Shown here piece by piece: positions 62,601 to 64,000 of a stretch of 64,000 bases of DNA. A program made the position numbers and the translations under genes. How positions within the stretch are numbered: position 1 is the first letter of the stretch; each line of letters opens with the position of its first letter. The notes beneath the pieces are model-generated. The model was not told the origin of the DNA, made no database searches, and was given only the letters and a program-made list of their open reading frames with translations. The DNA comes from Fimbriosthenelais zetlandica (Eukaryota): positions 13,888,001 through 13,952,000 of the forward strand of contig OZ365112.1 of the NCBI GenBank assembly GCA_977030845.1. The letters run 5' to 3'.

Positions 62601-64000
62601 GGTGGAATGGAGCAATGGGTGGAGGTAGAGCGCTATATAAGCCTGGGCTTCTATCTCTATATCCCTACACTAAATTGGGGAATGTGTGGAGATAAGATGC
62701 GAAACAAAGGCCCAAAATGTCGCTCTATGTATACAAACACCCACACTTCCCATCTGGACATAAAACCAAACATGTTTGAACACAAAGTGTCATTAATAGG
62801 TAATATAATAAGATTTAATGGCTGGCGGCCGTACCTAGTTTGCCTAGCTGGGTGGTGGTGGAGGTGGTGGTGTGGCTAGGGTCCCGTCACCGTCTGGGAT
62901 TGGTTTCAAAAATCCTTCCACACAAGTTTTAAACCCCCAAGAAGTGAAAAGTTTAGGAAAGTCACAATATTTCTTTCTAAAATTGTATTTTATGTATTTT
63001 ACTTTAACCACCTCATCGGATATAGGAGGGAAATGGAGGGAAATGAGAAGAGATAGAGAGGATTCATTTCTCTCTCCTTGTCAGGCCACATTTGATGAAT
63101 AGTTGTCAGTTGGAGCTGGTAAAAGCAGGAACGGATCCAATGAAAATGGAATGGAGTGTTACTGTAGTACCATGTAATAACACTGTCCTGTCCTTGTGGG
63201 AATGGTTTCATGCGATATCATTGATTTTCTCAGGCTTTCACGAGATACAAACCGTAAAGCAAAACTTCACAATTCTCATTTGGATTGGGATATTTCTAGA
63301 TGATTTGGATCGGGATTATTTCAAAATGAGAATTATAGAATTATAGAATGTTGCCAATATTTATGAGCCTATAGACTTAGAGTTTCATGCAGAATTACTG
63401 TAAAAAGAATTAATATTACATGCTTTCATGAAAAATTTTAACAGAATCTCTTCATGGGACAGCATCATCCCGAGCTTTCTTGAATATTGTCAGAAGTCCT
63501 TAAATGTTAATTTTCTGATATCATTAGATTATTTCAAGGATTTCGTTGTAGCAGCTTATTACTTGGCCAAAGAATAGGGCAGAAATGAATTTAAATACAT
63601 GTAATGTAAAACAGTTTTGTCAATACCCACTGTTGCCTATTTTCCTGACTGAGGAGACTTGTATTTTTATCTACTACACAGGCAACATATGACTAAAAAT
63701 GCCCCTGTCCATATGTTGGCAAAATAGCCTATCATAGGTAAGATGAAAATTCATGGCCAGATTTTGTGCATTTCCAATATTGAGCCTCAAAATAGAGATT
63801 TCTGTCTGGTCATCTGTACCTAAATCCGGTCCCATTTGCCTAGGCATGCGCTGTTGGGGAAGGAGGACTAAGAGTGGAATGATAATATATGAGATATCCC
63901 CAGCATCGTCAACCCTATTCCAAGGTCTCCTCCACACCGTAGCCATCTTGTTTCTCTAGGCAATCCCCACCCAAAACCTCTCCTCTATTCTATGTGAAAT

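Noticed and set aside
62895-62920. WFQK, reminiscent of homeodomain helix 3
   Set aside because: Flanking residues do not match a homeodomain.
34307-64000. A second miR-10-family hairpin between Lox4 and the next gene
   Set aside because: I scanned CCCTG and ACCCGT occurrences by eye (e.g. 56440, 60073, 61773) and none had a miR-10-like continuation or complementary arm. A covariance-model search could still find a diverged one.

Overview
Animal (spiralian/lophotrochozoan) genomic DNA from what looks like the central-posterior part of a Hox cluster. Only one protein-coding gene is supported: a two-exon Lox4 (Ubx/abd-A class) Hox gene on the + strand (27307-27778 joined to 33999-34306, 259 aa). 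It has an MNTYF N-terminus, a YPWM hexapeptide, a 6.2-kb phase-1 intron, a full homeodomain and a Ubd-A-type QQIKDLN peptide. About 17 kb upstream on the same strand lies a miR-10-family pre-miRNA hairpin (10346-10405) whose predicted 5p product starts UUACCCUG, one base earlier than canonical miR-10. A perfect 8-mer site for that shifted seed sits about 1 kb after the Lox4 stop codon. This suggests an upstream-miRNA-represses-adjacent-Hox circuit, geometrically like miR-196/Hox8 and iab-8/abd-A. The rest is non-coding. It contains promoter-like motif clusters (about 6.4 kb, 27.2 kb, 56.6 kb), several RFX X-boxes, Cdx/posterior-Hox and YY1/Pho motifs, a family of 70-100 bp TIR mini-elements (probable Harbinger-type MITEs), a possible solo LTR and simple repeats. 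All regulatory calls are motif-level inferences made by eye, with no database search or folding software. The species and the exact Mir-10 paralogue number cannot be determined from the sequence alone.
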